Positions 41,752 to 55,573 of a stretch of DNA of 64,000 bases are shown here, piece by piece; position 1 is the stretch's first letter, and the number at the start of each line of letters is the position of its first letter. Origin of the DNA: Eledone cirrhosa (Eukaryota); the NCBI GenBank assembly GCA_964016885.1, contig OZ024741.1:96162001-96226000 (forward strand). Direction: 5' to 3'. The position numbers were made by a program, and so were the translations under genes. Below the pieces are notes generated by a model. That model had not been told where the DNA came from. It made no database searches and saw only the letters and a program-made list of their open reading frames with translations.

Positions 41752-42354
41752 TTCCTTATATGAGAAGATTGTAGTTGTCAAGAGGATTGGTTAAAATTTG
41801 TTTTAAACACAAATAAGTCTATCATGGCATTTGGTGGGAGGTAGGGGTGGCTGAACTTGCCTGTAGAACAATAGGTGAGTGAGCGGAGCAGTCAAGCGTT
41901 GAAAGTGATATGTATACATCAGATTCTAAGGATAGTGTACGAAGTGGGGGAGGGAGGTTATAGAATAGGTAAATCGAAAGAGAGTAGGAGACAATAAAAG
42001 ATACTAGAAATAAATAAAAAATAATAAAAAAAAAATATATAAAATTAAATAGTGAGAAATGACTAAAGAAATCCCAATGCTATCTTACAATTACAAGTTA
42101 AAAAGTTGAGAATAGAAAAGTCTTATAGAAATTACAAAACAGATACAAACTTAAAGGGTTTTTTAACACATCTGCTATAAGTAGTTAGTAAAACGTATTC
42201 GGCCAATTCTATCTTAAAATAACAGGGCTGGGGGGAACTGATGCTACAAGGCCCGATGGGCTGCATCGGGTAGGGGAAAGGGGAAAGCGGGACCATCAGG
42301 CGACACCGCTGCTCAGGCAACGTAACGTGGTTCAATCCTCCCCACAATGCCGAG

Positions 42355-43008
42355 GTGGCAACACCTATCGGGAAAATTTTCTTTAGACTCCTCGAAAAAC
42401 ACTTCCCACTACAACACCGCTACCACAACATAATCAACAAAAACACCATCAAACTCTCCTACAGCACCACACCTAACTTCGCACAAAACATCGTCTCCTC
42501 AAACAACAAAAAACTAAACCCCTATGGAAGAAATAACCTAGACATCAGTGGAGAGCCGACCAGGAGGTGTAACTGCCCTGATAGATCCACGTGCCCCCTC
42601 ATCAACAAATGCCGAGAACGTAACGTGATCTACCAGTGCAACGTGAGGACGGACACCTCCAACAAAGCTTATATAGGATTAACCGCGTGTGACTTCAAGA
42701 CCCGGTTCTACCAACACCGACATACTTTCCGAAACCCGGTCCGGCGCAATGCCACTACACTCTCGGGTCACATCTGGGACCTCCAAGATAACAATATAAC
42801 CTACAATCTCACTTGGAGCTTACTGTCCAGAGCTAACTCTTACACAGGAAGACGCCGTCCGTGTAACTTATGCTCGGGGGAAACATTACAAATGCTGTTT
42901 TCGAAGGACCAACTCCTAAACAAGAAAGATGAACTGGTAACCGCATGCAAACACAGATTTCGTAGGACTTACCTCGCCCTCAAACCCTATAACGACCCAG
43001 GTGGGTAG
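42355..43008 (+). CDS. PLE C-terminal linker and GIY-YIG endonuclease (fragment)
   Basis: KHFP..HRYH.IINKNTIKLSYS, CNC....CPL..KC, VIYQC, AYIGLT..FKTRFYQH, CNLC, CKH. Confidence 0.85.
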   Translation: MATPIGKIFFRLLEKHFPLQHRYHNIINKNTIKLSYSTTPNFAQNIVSSNNKKLNPYGRNNLDISGEPTRRCNCPDRSTCPLINKCRERNVIYQCNVRTDTSNKAYIGLTACDFKTRFYQHRHTFRNPVRRNATTLSGHIWDLQDNNITYNLTWSLLSRANSYTGRRRPCNLCSGETLQMLFSKDQLLNKKDELVTACKHRFRRTYLALKPYNDPGG

Positions 43009-43547
43009 ACAAGGGCTGATACCTCTCCCCCCACAAACACACTTGCCGAATAAGTTAGGGGAAACCCCAGCTTACATAGGTAAATGTATCACTTTTCTTT
43101 TCCTCTTTGTCTCCTTATTCTCCCTGTCTCCTCCTATCACTTCCTTCCACCCCCTATTTTATTCCTTGTCTGCTTTCCCCTTTCGCCTACCCCGATGCAG
43201 CCCATCGCGCCTTATAGCATTAGTTCCCCCACCCCTGTTATTTTAAGATAGAATTGGCTGAATACGTTTTACTAACTACTTATAGCAGATGTGTTAAAAA
43301 CCCCTTTAAGTTTGTGTCTGTTTTATAATTTCTATAAGATTTTTCTATTCTCAACTTATTAACCTGTAATTGTAAGATAGCATTGTGATTTCTTTATTCA
43401 TTTCTCACCGCTCCACTCACTCCCTTATTGTTCTACAGGCAAGTTCAGCCACCCCTACTTCCCACCAAATGCCATGATAGACTTATTTGTGTTTACAACA
43501 AATTTTAACCAATCCTCTTGACAACTACAATCTTCCCATATAAGGAA

Positions 43548-43651
43548 GTACCCCCTTGAAAAGTTCGGCTATTTATTCACCAGGCTAAAAATTCTAATTT
43601 AGTCCTGAAATAGCCGTCGAAACGGCTTGAGCTCTGCCGTTGGGGTCATAC
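43548..43651 (+). ncRNA. Hammerhead, U3-A8 variant, long stem II
   Basis: gtaccccc TTGAAAA gtt cggctattt-(hairpin)-aaatagccg tc GAA ACGGC ttgagctct GCCGT T ggggtcatac. Confidence 0.7.
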
Positions 43652-43658
43652 TTTTTCC

Positions 43659-43790
<132 letters not shown>

Positions 43791-43833
43791 AAATAACAGG
43801 AGGCTGGACTGGTGTAATTCCTTAAAGATTTAT

Positions 43834-43892
43834 TATACTATGAACATTTCAATGACCGCGTTCAGTATGAATCTGGTGACATCATCAATATA
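43834..43892 (-). ncRNA. Degenerate hammerhead related to the one at 49972
   Basis: Minus: tata TTGATGA tgtcacc...ggtcatt GAA ATGTTCAT A gtata. Confidence 0.5.
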
Positions 43893-44426
43893 TAAATATG
43901 TATCACGGCTTTGCCAAACATCTAGTTGGCTGGCGAGTCATTTGGGTGAAGATAATACGTTAATCTGTATTTCCGAGTGATTAATTATTTGGAGTCTCCA
44001 TCTGCCTCGAATCATTCAATGAACGCTACATATTTTGAATACAATAATAAAAAAAAACAGACAAGACAACAAAACAATATAGATTGGGATGATTTGACTC
44101 AATTGACAGAGAAACAAGACGATAAATAGACATATTTATACGAAAGAGGAAAGATCCTAAAATAAAACGCCTGGAAAACACGACAAACAAATATGTAGAT
44201 AGGCAAAAGAGGTTTGATATGAGTTCGTTCGAGTGATAGTCACTGAACTCATAGGAAACAGCACGATGGGATACAACAGTTAAACTGTTGAACTGAAAAA
44301 GACCGAGCTGGTAGTAAGAGACTGGCATGATCGGAAGGTTATAATTTTTGCTGCATCACTCAGTTTATCCATTGCATTAATGCGTTGGATCGGAATGTAT
44401 TCATCTTCTTAGTCTAAACTGAATTA

Positions 44427-44464
44427 CGAGCTGAAGATCCGCTAAGGTGAAACAATTGTTCTCG
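44427..44464 (+). ncRNA. Minimal type I hammerhead ribozyme
   Basis: CGAG CTGAAGA t cc-gctaa-gg t GAA ACAATTGT T CTCG. Confidence 0.8.
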
Positions 44465-44577
44465 GTATGGTGAACTAACTTTGTGTAACCACTTCTACCT
44501 AACTCGTCCCATGGACTGAGTGCTCTACCACTACGGATATTACTTTCGAGTGTTCCACCACTATATATATATATATA

Positions 44578-45650
44578 AATACCCCCTGAGAAGTTCGGCT
44601 ATTTATTTACGAGGCTAAAAATTCTTAGACGTAACTTTTTTATCTTTTCCTCTATGTTTCCTTCTTCCCCACTTCTCTTCCTAGTCCTTCCATCCCAGAT
44701 CTCCTTCCTCGTCTTTTTTTCACCTTTCGCCTACCCCGATTCAGCCCATCGGTCCTCTGTAGCCTTAGTACCCCCCCCCCCCTAATTTTAAGATAGAATT
44801 GACTTTTTATAGCAGATGTGTTAGACCCCATTAACTTTTTTATTTCTGGTTGCTGCTCCATTTCTGTGGTTTCTAAATTTCTTAGTGGTATTTTTGTATT
44901 AGTATTTTTGTAGTAGTATTTTAGTATTTTTGTACTCAACTTATTAACCTGTCATTGTAAGATAGCATTGGCTGATTACTAACTATCTATAGCAGTGGTG
45001 TTAGACCCCCTGTAAAGCCAGCTTTATAAAATTCTTTCACTACTTTCTCGTTTTTAGTATTTTTCCCATTCTCCACCTATTAAACCTTTCTATAGCTTAG
45101 CAATACCAATGAGAGATTTGGTGATTGTGGAAATGGAGTAGTAACCAGAAATTGTTTTTTATATATTTATTTCCTTATTTTTATAATGGTTTTTTTTTTT
45201 TACTCCCTTTGATTTACCTATTCTTTCACCCCCCTCCTCTTCTCCAGTACACTTTTTCGACCTTTTATACACTATCCTTAGACTCTGCTGTATATATTTC
45301 ACTTTCAACGCTTGACTGGGTTTCCCCCACTCCCTCTTTGTTCTACCGGCAAGTTCAGCCACCCCTACCTCCCACCAAATGCCATGATAGATTCATCTGT
45401 CTCTACAACACATTTTTGACCAATCCTTTTGACAATTACTATCTTCCCATATAAGGCAATACACCCTGAGAAGTTCGGCTATTTATTTACCAGGGTAAAA
45501 ATTCTTATTTAGTCCAGAAATAGCCGTCGAAACGGCTTGAGCTCTGCCGTCGGGGTCATACTTGTTCCTATTACCCACTCTACTAGCCTAAGTATTGAGT
45601 ACTTTGGTGCGTTATGGTCCATCTGGTTCCTTACCACAATTCCTTCGTTA
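44578..45650 (+). mobile_element. ORF-less pLTR/3' UTR copy of the 41.6-43.6-kb PLE family
   Basis: Starts with the 5' half of the hammerhead, is homologous to 43176-43660 and ends like 7885-8002. Confidence 0.8.
45461..45561 (+). ncRNA. Hammerhead with a CTGAGAA (C3/A8 mismatch) core
   Basis: acacc CTGAGAA gtt cggctattt...aaatagccg tc GAA ACGGC ttgagctct GCCGT C ggggt. Confidence 0.6.
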
Positions 45651-45656
45651 TATATA

Positions 45657-47221
45657 CAGTGCCCCGCAAAAGTTTACAACACATTAGGAAAAATGCGGTT
45701 TTAGGTATTTCTAATAAAGTTAGGGTAATGATAGAACATATAATGAGGCATTTAATGATACAATCATATTTTTAAAAAAATAACAAGGAAATAACTCATG
45801 AAGAAATATCAATATTTTTATAACGCAAAAGTTTACAACACATTTTATATTTATCGCTTTTTGTCAAGAAAATTCTTAAATTTTCAGATTTAAAATTCAG
45901 TAGAATGTTCTAGATTAGGTTTAAGGTAACTTCTAAAGACTATTAAAAACATTATGTCATTATTTGTCTGACAACCATCCTGTAAACATTGACAACCGTC
46001 CTGTAAACATTGACAATATGGGGAAAAATAAACTGATCAAGACCTCCGTAATCGGATTGAAGACCTTCATACAATTGGTGTTGGTTATAGAAAGATATCT
46101 TGTCTGTTAAATGAGCCATTGAGTTCAGTTAGTACTATAATTCGTCACTGGAAATCTCATCATTCCATTTTTCCTTTAATTAGTTCTGGTCGTCCTAGAA
46201 AGATAACAGAACGTGCAGCTCGGTTATTGACGAGAAAGGTTGGCAACGAACCCCGGTGTACTCTTAAAAATCTTCTAGAAGAAAGTGGAGTAAAATTGAG
46301 CACAGATACAATTAGTCGTTCACTTCGTCGATATGATATCTTCTCGGGGTCTCCAAGGAAAACACCACTTCTTACGAGGAAACACGTTCTTCGTCGATTA
46401 AACTTTGCAAATGAGCATCTCATCAAACCTGCGTCATTTTGGGAAGATGTACTTTGGTCGGACGAAACAAAAATTGAACTTTTTGGTCGAAATGCTGTGG
46501 CAAAAGTCTGGAGAAAGAAAGGTACTGAATATTCGCCGAAGAATACTATTCCAACTGTAAAATTTGGAGGTGGATCAATCATGGTCTGGGGTTGCTTTAG
46601 TGCCACAGGTGTAGGAAATATTGAAATAATAGAAGGAAGAATGGATGGCGCTTATTATAGAGGTATTTTGCAAAGGAATTTACATCAAAGTGCACATTCT
46701 CTCAGTTTAAAGTCAGGTGGGTTTTTCAACAAGATAACGATCCAAAGCATACTGCAAAGCTAACACAATCTTGGTTAAGTACGAATGGAATAAATGTTCT
46801 AAAATGGTCAAGTCAGTCTCCAGATCGAAAATTTGTGGAGAGAACTGAAACACAGAATTCAAAGAAGGAAACCCCAAAATATCCCTGAACTAAAGAAAAT
46901 TTGTTGTGAAGAATGGAAAATTATTAGCCAAGAAAAATGCAAGAAGTTTGTAGGGGGCTACTCCAAACGCCTATAACAACAAAGGTTACGCTACGAAATA
47001 TTAAGAGATGATTTAATAAATGTGTTGTAAACTTTTGCGTTATAAAAATATTGATTTTTCTTCATGAGTTATTTCCTTGTTATTTTTTTTTAAATATGAT
47101 TGTATCATTAAATGCTTCATGATATGTTCTATCAGTAGTTACATTTTCATTACCCTAACTTTATTAAAAATACCTAAAACCACATTTTTCCTAATGTGTT
47201 GTAAACTTTTGCGGGGCACTG
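45657..47221 (+). mobile_element. Tc1-family DNA transposon with long IR/DR terminal repeats
   Basis: TA|CAGTGCCCCGCAAAAGTTTAC...GTAAACTTTTGCGGGGCACTG|TA; ~190-205-bp TIRs, each with two gcaaaagtttacaacacatt direct repeats. Confidence 0.95.
46018..47004 (+). pseudogene. Tc1 transposase, frameshifted
   Basis: [50 protein letters not shown] with LNPI deleted, ENLW. Confidence 0.9.
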
Positions 47222-47851
47222 TATATATATATCTATATATATAATTATTCAATTGAAGAAAGTTGATTTATTAAAAGTATGTCGACTTATTGTTTAACAG
47301 ACGTGAAGCACTCCACGGTTTTTGTTCATCCGGAATTATATTGCGATACATAAGAGGGCCAGTTTTATTCATACACCCCTATTTTACTCGTTATACATAT
47401 TTCGAAGATATAAGGTAGTCATATAATGTGTATCGGACGGCGAGGTGAATAATACCTCCGACTGATAACATATCAATTGAATATTACATCTCGTTTGTAT
47501 GTTTGTTTGAAGAGAACGTGTAAACACCAGTAATACACTGGAATAATTGCTGGCCTTGTGCCAAATATAGAAACAATTATATAACTACCTTACATCTCTC
47601 TCTATATATATATAAAATTAGAATTTTATTTCTCGTCGTAGCGCAACTGATAGATAATGGTAAGTATACACACGTATACATATATATATATATGTAGGAG
47701 GTGAGTTTTATTGTAGTACAATAAAGCAATACATATTACATTACATAAAAACAAACTTAAACACTAACTAATTCCTCTAAATTCATAATTCATCCACTCT
47801 TCTACTTCTTTTCACATTATATCCTTAATAACATTAATATTTTTATTTTAA

Positions 47852-48011
47852 TAATACATATTAACAATTTCTTTTCATCGCACATATTATTAAACCCTTC
47901 AACATACAAACCTTAATTTAATATTATTCTTAATACATATTAACAATTTCTTTTTCATCGCACATATTATTAAACCCTTCAATATACAAACCTTAATTTA
48001 ATATTATTCTT
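47852..48011. repeat. ~80-bp tandem duplication inside a G-poor pLTR-like region
   Basis: taatacatattaacaatttc...aatattattct twice. Confidence 0.8.
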
Positions 48012-48345
48012 AATTTTTTCTCTTCATCAATTTTCAAATTCTTTTAAATTATATATTATCTTCCAACGGCTTTTTAACCTCTCTCTGTGAAACAATATAT
48101 ATTTTTCTCAGTTATAAAGGCTATCTCTCTCTTTCTATAACCCATCTCTCCCCCTATCTCATCCTTCCTTATTATACTCCTACCCAACCATTCTTTACTC
48201 TCATCTCCTCCTCTTTTTCATCCATTCCACCCCCCCCCCTCATTTTTCCCCCCAATATCACACATCAATCTTAAATTACTTTTCATATGTTGATTTAAAA
48301 CTTCACTATTCACAAGTGTTTTTTAACCTTCATATCATGTATCCC

Positions 48346-48416
48346 TATTTTATCTGGCGAAAACGCAAATATCATCTCATGATGATATTTGTTTTTGAAA
48401 TGCGCATAATAAAATA
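48346..48416 (+). ncRNA. Hammerhead with an A6G core change
   Basis: TATTTTAT CTGGCGA aaac gcaaatatcatc-tcat-gatgatatttgt tttt GAA ATGCGCAT A ATAAAATA. Confidence 0.7.
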
Positions 48417-48470
48417 CATGGAACTCTTTTAACCATCTTTTGATCTTATATTATATATATATATATATAT

Positions 48471-48497
48471 ACACGTTTCGGAAGTCCTTTTTCAGGA
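48471..48497 (-). ncRNA. Degenerate minimal hammerhead ending in (TA)n
   Basis: Minus: tc CTGAAAA aggacttcc GAA ACGTGT then (AT)n. Confidence 0.35.
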
Positions 48498-48861
48498 CAG
48501 TTCGGATATGAGGGAACAAGTCAGTACATACAAGTTGGGAAAACATTGATAGGTTGGGTGTGGTAGGCGAGAGGTCTGGCATTCGGAAATAGAAGCCGAA
48601 GTCGGGGGGGGGGGGGGGGGGGGTCCAGGTGTCTCCATGTGTGCTGATGGGATAAAATTGGCACGTGTCTACTATTGCTTCTGTTTGGGTATGTGTTCGC
48701 GTATATACATATATATACATACACACACAAACACTCATACACACACACTCTCTCTCTCCCACACACATATATATGTGTGTGTGTGTATGTTTATGTGTGT
48801 GTGTTTGCGTTGGGTTTTTATCTTTAAGTGATTTGTTGCTAAATTTGACTATCTCTCTCTC

Positions 48862-48916
<55 letters not shown>

Positions 48917-49346
48917 GCCTGTATATATATATATATATATATATAGTAATAATATTTATTTTAATAAATATATATATATATATATATAAGTTGAGAAAAT
49001 CTGGTTACTTTTTCCACAGTAAGGACATTAAATACATTTTGTTAAAAATATATTTTACATTATCAAAGGGACAAAACTAAAAAAACTGAACAGAGGGCAG
49101 AAATAAATCGGAACGCCCGTCGCTGGTGGGAGCCCGGGGAAATTGACTCTTTTGCTCCGCTTTAAATGCGATTCTGTATATAGATTGGTATCTACCTGTC
49201 TATAGTGGGGTCAATTACGCTGTTAGAACCCCATATAGTACGATCGTAATAATTCCAATGAAATGAGGAGATGATAGTTCTTGTATTGTAGTCTTTCGTC
49301 ATAGTGGGTTACGTTGAGCACTCAAACGAGCTACAGAATCATATAT

Positions 49347-49545
49347 GTGCTGAACAATGAAAAACAGAAGGTGGCGTTAAGTGCTTCATTAGGTCAGTGT
49401 TTTACGATTGTTTTAGAAGGTTGATTGATCATGATAAATCGATATAGCGACTAATTGTTTTATGATCAATCAACCTTCTGGAACGATCGTGAAATAATGA
49501 ACTAATTAAGCACTTAACTTCGCTTTTTGATTTCATTGTTCAACA
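49347..49545. repeat. Diverged ~85-bp inverted repeat
   Basis: tgaacaatgaaa...agaaggttgattgatcat / atgatcaatcaaccttct...tttcattgttca. Confidence 0.75.
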
Positions 49546-49571
49546 CACACACATATATATGTATATATATA

Positions 49572-49614
<43 letters not shown>

Positions 49615-49634
49615 CTTTGTTATATATATACATA

Positions 49635-49703
<69 letters not shown>

Positions 49704-49709
49704 CTTTGT

Positions 49710-49785
<76 letters not shown>

Positions 49786-49787
<2 letters not shown>

Positions 49788-49906
49788 ACAAAGGAATTGT
49801 GGTAAGGAACCAGATGGACCATAACGCACCAGAGTACTCAATACTTAAGATAGTAGAGTGGGAAATAGGAAAAAGAGTGACTCCATTGGGGTCATACTTT
49901 TTCCTA
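49786..49906 (-). mobile_element. pLTR fragment folding back at the predicted hammerhead cleavage site
   Basis: Reverse complement of 45552-45650, then inverted ttggggtcatactttttccta. Confidence 0.75.
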
Positions 49907-49971
49907 TATATATATATATAGAATAAGTAAAAGCGAAGTAGTTTCAGATGTTCAAGTCCTTTAATAATAAT

Positions 49972-50045
49972 GCTGTGATATATATTTCAATGACGACACT
50001 GGCCACACTGTTCTGTGTGCGAGTGTCGTGACATCATCAGACAGC
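49972..50045 (-). ncRNA. Type I hammerhead ribozyme
   Basis: Minus: GCTGT CTGATGA tgtc acgacact...agtgtcgt catt GAA ATATATAT C ACAGC. Confidence 0.85.
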
Positions 50046-50263
50046 TTGTTACATAATAAGGTTATGTTTCCGAGGCAATTCAAGTTGAATAGACATGGGA
50101 ACGGACGAAGTGTGTGCTTTTGGGTTCTTCACCCGTTCCTCTGTGAGTACCAATTCACCCCCACCGGTCTGCACAGGCGGATTATTCGATATTTACTCCG
50201 TCACTCCTATGTGGAAAAAGTATGTTGAGTGCTTGAATTGAATTGCATCAATGTTTACGTTAA

Positions 50264-50319
<56 letters not shown>

Positions 50320-50355
50320 TCATATGCATGTATACATATATATGTATTCATATGC

Positions 50356-50411
<56 letters not shown>

Positions 50412-50521
50412 GTATATATATATGTGTGTATGTATGTATATATTCATACATATTTGTGTGTTATGCGTGAACTTAATATAACTGTAGAATTGCCTACTGT
50501 ATTTTGTTTGTTCATTTTTAA

Positions 50522-50593
<72 letters not shown>

Positions 50594-50919
50594 ACACACA
50601 CATATATATAAATATATATATATATATGTATGTATCAATAATATTTGTATATTTGGAGGTACATGTATGCAAGTGTAAATGTATGTGTGTGTGTTCCTGT
50701 GTGTTTCTGTAGTTGTCTGTATATCATAAATAAAATATTCATGAGAATCATTATATATATCTCAAAATACATATATTTGCATTCCATATCTTTGAAACTA
50801 ATATATATTTGCATTTTTATATTTCAAAACTAAATGTGTATTTTGAAAATACATAATGAGAAAAGCATAATAATTGTACAACATATATTCACACATTCTA
50901 CATACATTTACACACAGAC

Positions 50920-51080
50920 ACACAGGACATCTCTTCCCGCACAGCACTCACATATACAGAAAGACAATAGAAAGACACGCACACACACATACACACACAC
51001 ACACATACACACAGACGTCTCTTCCCGCACAGCACTCACATATACAGAAAGACACTAGAAAGACACGCACACACACATTC
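50920..51080. repeat. ~90-bp tandem duplication
   Basis: tctcttcccgcacagcactcacatatacagaaagaca...agaaagacacgcacac twice. Confidence 0.75.
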
Positions 51081-51097
51081 ACACCCACCCACCTATA

Positions 51098-51185
<88 letters not shown>

Positions 51186-51501
51186 TTGTTATAAAGAGAA
51201 GATGAAAGAACCGAACGAGAAGAGATTAGATTAAGAGTGAAAAAAACTAGGAGAGTATGCAAATGTGTATATAAATATGTATGCATTCGTCCCCAGATCA
51301 TTTTCATATTGGTAATATTTATGTATTTAGATATAGAAATATCTATCGTGTGTCTCTCTGTATCTAGTGCTATCCCCGTCTCTCCCGTTCTCTTTTTCTT
51401 TGTCTGTCTCCTTCCCTTTCTCTTTTTCTTCGGCCGTTTCTTTCTCCTTTTCTCTCTCTCTCTATAAATATATATCTTTATACAAATACTCACACATAGA
51501 C

Positions 51502-51572
<71 letters not shown>

Positions 51573-51614
51573 ATTTCTGTGTGCATGTGTGTGTATGTAT
51601 GCGTATATGTGTGC

Positions 51615-51692
<78 letters not shown>

Positions 51693-51934
51693 TTGCGTGT
51701 GTGTGTGTGTGTGTGTACAAGCACCTGTTTTCTAACATTAGAATGTTTTCGAAGTCGATATTCCACGGCTAAAGATATACGGTTTCCCCAGTATAAAAGT
51801 TTCCACTTCGGTAAACATCTTCTTAAGATACAGAATTATTCCTCGTTAAACGACACACTCAACTTTGCCGACAGAAATTGTTAATTTCCGGTTGAACGCA
51901 GAATTGCTTTTCGATACACGAAATAAATAAAGAG

Positions 51935-52020
<86 letters not shown>

Positions 52021-52927
52021 CGAGTTAGAGAGAGAGAGAGAGAGAACTAAGGGAACTCTAGAGAGAGAATTTGAAAATATTTTAAGTCTGATTCCCTGAA
52101 AACTAAATTAGTTCGTCTTTGTCTAAATGCTTTGTTTTAATCTAATTATTCCATTCGACGCATCCGACAAACAAATTGCGAATTTTTTAAAACTCCAGTT
52201 TCAATGTTTTTGCTTAAGTTCTAAATTAAATGGCAGACAATTGTTGACCGCTTTCCTTTTGTCTGGAGATTCTACTATTTAATTTATATCCAATGCAAAT
52301 TCAACAGTCTATTAATTGAGTTTTGCTTCCTTTGACTTGGCACAGATGTTTTATATTTGAAGAAAAGCAGGGAAAAAGAAAATGCTGTGATGCTGGTGGA
52401 GTATATGACGGAAATGTATAAATTGAAAATTATTGCTGTTCTTTTTGAAGACCTAACACAGCTCCGACGAAGGAATTCTATGATCAACACTTTTCACACA
52501 AGATCATCCATTCTATTGTTCAGACACACGGTCTCAATAATCTGACAGTGTTCATTACTGTCAATTGTAAAACCATTTTCAAATTAGAGAATTAGTCTTT
52601 TACTCGCAGTGGCGAATAAAAATAAATCCCCCACGCCGCTCATGTTTGGGTCATCATAAAAGAACATATATCATGGCCTTGTATCATAATTTCTTTACTA
52701 ATGCAGCAAAGAAATTTTTTTATAAATGAATCATACATGATAATGTCTTCTATTGACGAAAGTTCTAAATTTTAAGTGATTATACTATAGGCTTGCTTCG
52801 TGATTTCTTTACAAACAACACTGAATTATATTTCTTATGAATGAATCTCAACCAATAATAATTAGTGTTGATCTCAAGCAGATTTATCACACGGGGTTAA
52901 AAACACAATACTGGTAGGTATTATAGA

Positions 52928-53090
52928 CGCAGCGTGGCCACATAGTTCAGAAGTTTGCTACACAATCATTAGGTTCCGAGTTCGGTCCCACTACGTGGCC
53001 TTTTGGACAAGTGTCATTTACCATAATCTTGAGTCGACCCATGCCTTATGAGTGAAAATAGGTAAACGGAAACTGTTTGGCAGCCCATCG
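52928..53090 (+). mobile_element. tRNA-derived SINE family B
   Basis: gcagcgtggcc...gttccgagttcggtcccactacgtggc...gccttatgagtgaaaataggtaaacggaaactg. Confidence 0.7.
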
Positions 53091-54411
53091 GATGGGTTGT
53101 ACATGTAATTGAAAGGGTCATCCTTGTCACACAATGTATGTGGTGGATTTATGTTAAGGGTACATTTGTATGTGGAATACTCGCCTACTTATGTATTTCT
53201 TTTATTCGCAAGTTGTTCTGGCGATCTAACAATTGGAACACAGATCGTCGAAATCGACGGTTGTCCATTCCAATAGTTATTATTCATTTTACACATTATG
53301 TATTTTACATAGTGTTAGTGGGTTGTAACTTTTCTCTTTTATAATGTTGATACCCGAAAGTTACTATATAGCATCATAGGTGTTGATCTTAAACTTTTAT
53401 GGATTGATATATCAGAGTTAATTAATGTTAATGCATTTAAATCTTGACCTTTGAAGTCTTTTATGCATTTATTCTTCAGGACATTTTCGAAAAGGTTTCT
53501 TGACTTTAGTTCTGTCACATGTTTGTGTTATATACACAACATACCAGAGCTGTTTACTTCTATTTTGTTCTAAAGGAAATCCTGCTTTATCTCAGATACT
53601 TTAATTGTCAATTCCATTCAAAGGAACTGATGTCGTTAAGGAAATTTAATGATTCCATGTTTATCCTTTATTATGGTGTGGTATGTCAGTTCATATACCA
53701 TAAACAAATACTTGCGTTTCCCAACGTGAGTAAGAAAAATTAAAAGAATACATGAATGTCTTTTATGGACTTCGTGCTGTCAGGTTATTTCATGAGTTCT
53801 CACCAAATTTTCAGTCTCACTCACATACATTCCCTTTCAAAATATTGCACATATACAAGCTTGTTAGAGTAATACATCACATAAGACTCTACATGCTGTT
53901 AACTCTCTACATGTTGGTTAGCTATCTTCTTAAACCACCTAAAACCTATTACCTTTTGGAAAGCTTGAAGGGATTTCATTCTCACTGATCGGTTTCTACA
54001 ATTGCCTGAGTGATAAAGACAGGAGAAAACGGTGTTCCATCTTATTTGAAAAAATTTCTGCAATATCTGTTATCATGTAACGCAAAGATTCTCTTTAAAG
54101 AGAGACAATTCGCTCGTTCTATTCTGGGATACACTTGTGATAAATGTCTCGTACAAAACTTTAACGTACACACATGGCATATACGTTTCTATTTTCAACC
54201 AAGTATATATTTTTTATTTAATACAAGTTTACAGAAATAATTACCTCTAGCTTACGCGTCTCTTTATGGGCGGAGAATAAAAACAACCGTGTTAATGATT
54301 AAGTCCCTTGCAAGTTAGGTATTCAATCGACAAAATTGTAAAGTAAAAAAAGTATATTATATTGCATAGAAAATAATACAAAGAAAGGTAGTTATGTGCT
54401 GATAAACGTGT

Positions 54412-54466
<55 letters not shown>

Positions 54467-54591
54467 CAATGCTAGCAAATATATAGGTTTTGTCTTATTA
54501 ACAATGTGGTTCAATGCATGGGGTTGCAGAACAATAATATGAGAGACGTAAAATAAGAAAATTATAAAATTAACTTACTTACTAAAAAATC

Positions 54592-54674
54592 ACTTCCAAC
54601 TAATTAGTTTCTGGAATGGAGTAAATATATTTTCCGAAGAAACATATGGAAAATCATTCCGTCATCAGGAAAGT
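54592..54674 (-). ncRNA. Type I hammerhead ribozyme
   Basis: Reverse complement of 54955-55037. Confidence 0.85.
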
Positions 54675-54954
54675 CTTTTTCCGTATAGGTCTCCAATTCA
54701 TTTGTCGAGCAATATTTGGCCATGACTGCTACTATGGTAGTAAGCTAGCCGCTGTCTTAATAACCACTCGCTTTCCACTGATTGACCTCGATGTCACGTG
54801 ATTGATTCTTTTTGAATTTGCCACGGACGTAGAGGCAGTGATTTTCTCAATGGCTTGGAATCCAGTCCACGCATCGCTATTTCCATTCCACTGAATTATT
54901 TTTTTAATAAGTTTCCAGTGTCCTCGCTATGCCTGGAGACCTATACGGAAAAAG

Positions 54955-55037
54955 ACTTTCCTGATGACGGAATGATTTTCCATATGTTTCTTCGGAAAAT
55001 ATATTTACTCCATTCCAGAAACTAATTAGTTGGAAGT
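54955..55037 (+). ncRNA. Type I hammerhead ribozyme with a cUUCGg-capped stem II extension
   Basis: ACTTTC CTGATGA c ggaatg..atatgtttc-TTCG-gaaaatatat..cattcc a GAA ACTAATTAGT T GGAAGT. Confidence 0.9.
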
Positions 55038-55109
55038 GATTTTTTAGTAAGTAAGTTAATTTTATAATTTTCTTATTTTACGTCTCTCATATATATATGT
55101 ATGTATATA

Positions 55110-55121
55110 TCATCATCATCC

Positions 55122-55168
<47 letters not shown>

Positions 55169-55305
55169 GTTTAACGTCCATCTTCCACGCTAGCATGGGT
55201 TAAACGGTTTTGTTCCATCAGGAGACCGTGTCTCGCTCGTACGGTAGTGTCTCGGGCAGGTTTTTTACAGCTGGATGCACTTCCTAACACCAACACTGGA
55301 CTGGG
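55110..55305 (-). mobile_element. SINE 3' part with a (GAT)n tail
   Basis: Minus: ggtgttaggaagtgcatccagctgtaaaaaacc...cccatgctagcgtggaagatggacgttaaacgatgatg. Confidence 0.7.
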
Positions 55306-55375
55306 TACTATTTGTGGACGAACATGGGAGGATGGGGTAGGGTGTGTGGGGTGGGGTGTATATATATATATATTC

Positions 55376-55525
55376 TTCAAATCGTAACGAATGGAGTTAC
55401 GATTTGAAGAATACAATTGGGACTACATGGATGAGGAAAGCACGATCCAGAGAGTAATGGACGGCGTGCTGTGACCAGCGGCGCCGAATGGACGCCCGAC
55501 AGACTGGTCAGTCAAGGTGATCAAG

Positions 55526-55530
<5 letters not shown>
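55376..55530 (+). mobile_element. RTE-like 3' end fragment with a 13-bp palindrome at its 5' junction
   Basis: ttcaaatcgtaac/gttacgatttgaa; DLKNTIGTTWMRKAR; tail caaggtgatcaaggtgat. Confidence 0.5.

Positions 55531-55573
<43 letters not shown>

Larger units (their letters stand above)
54469..55090. mobile_element. ORF-less hammerhead element (relative of the 28.8-kb family) with ~155-bp inverted arms
   Basis: 54539-54695 is the reverse complement of 54934-55090; the middle is homologous to 29060-29320. Confidence 0.85.
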
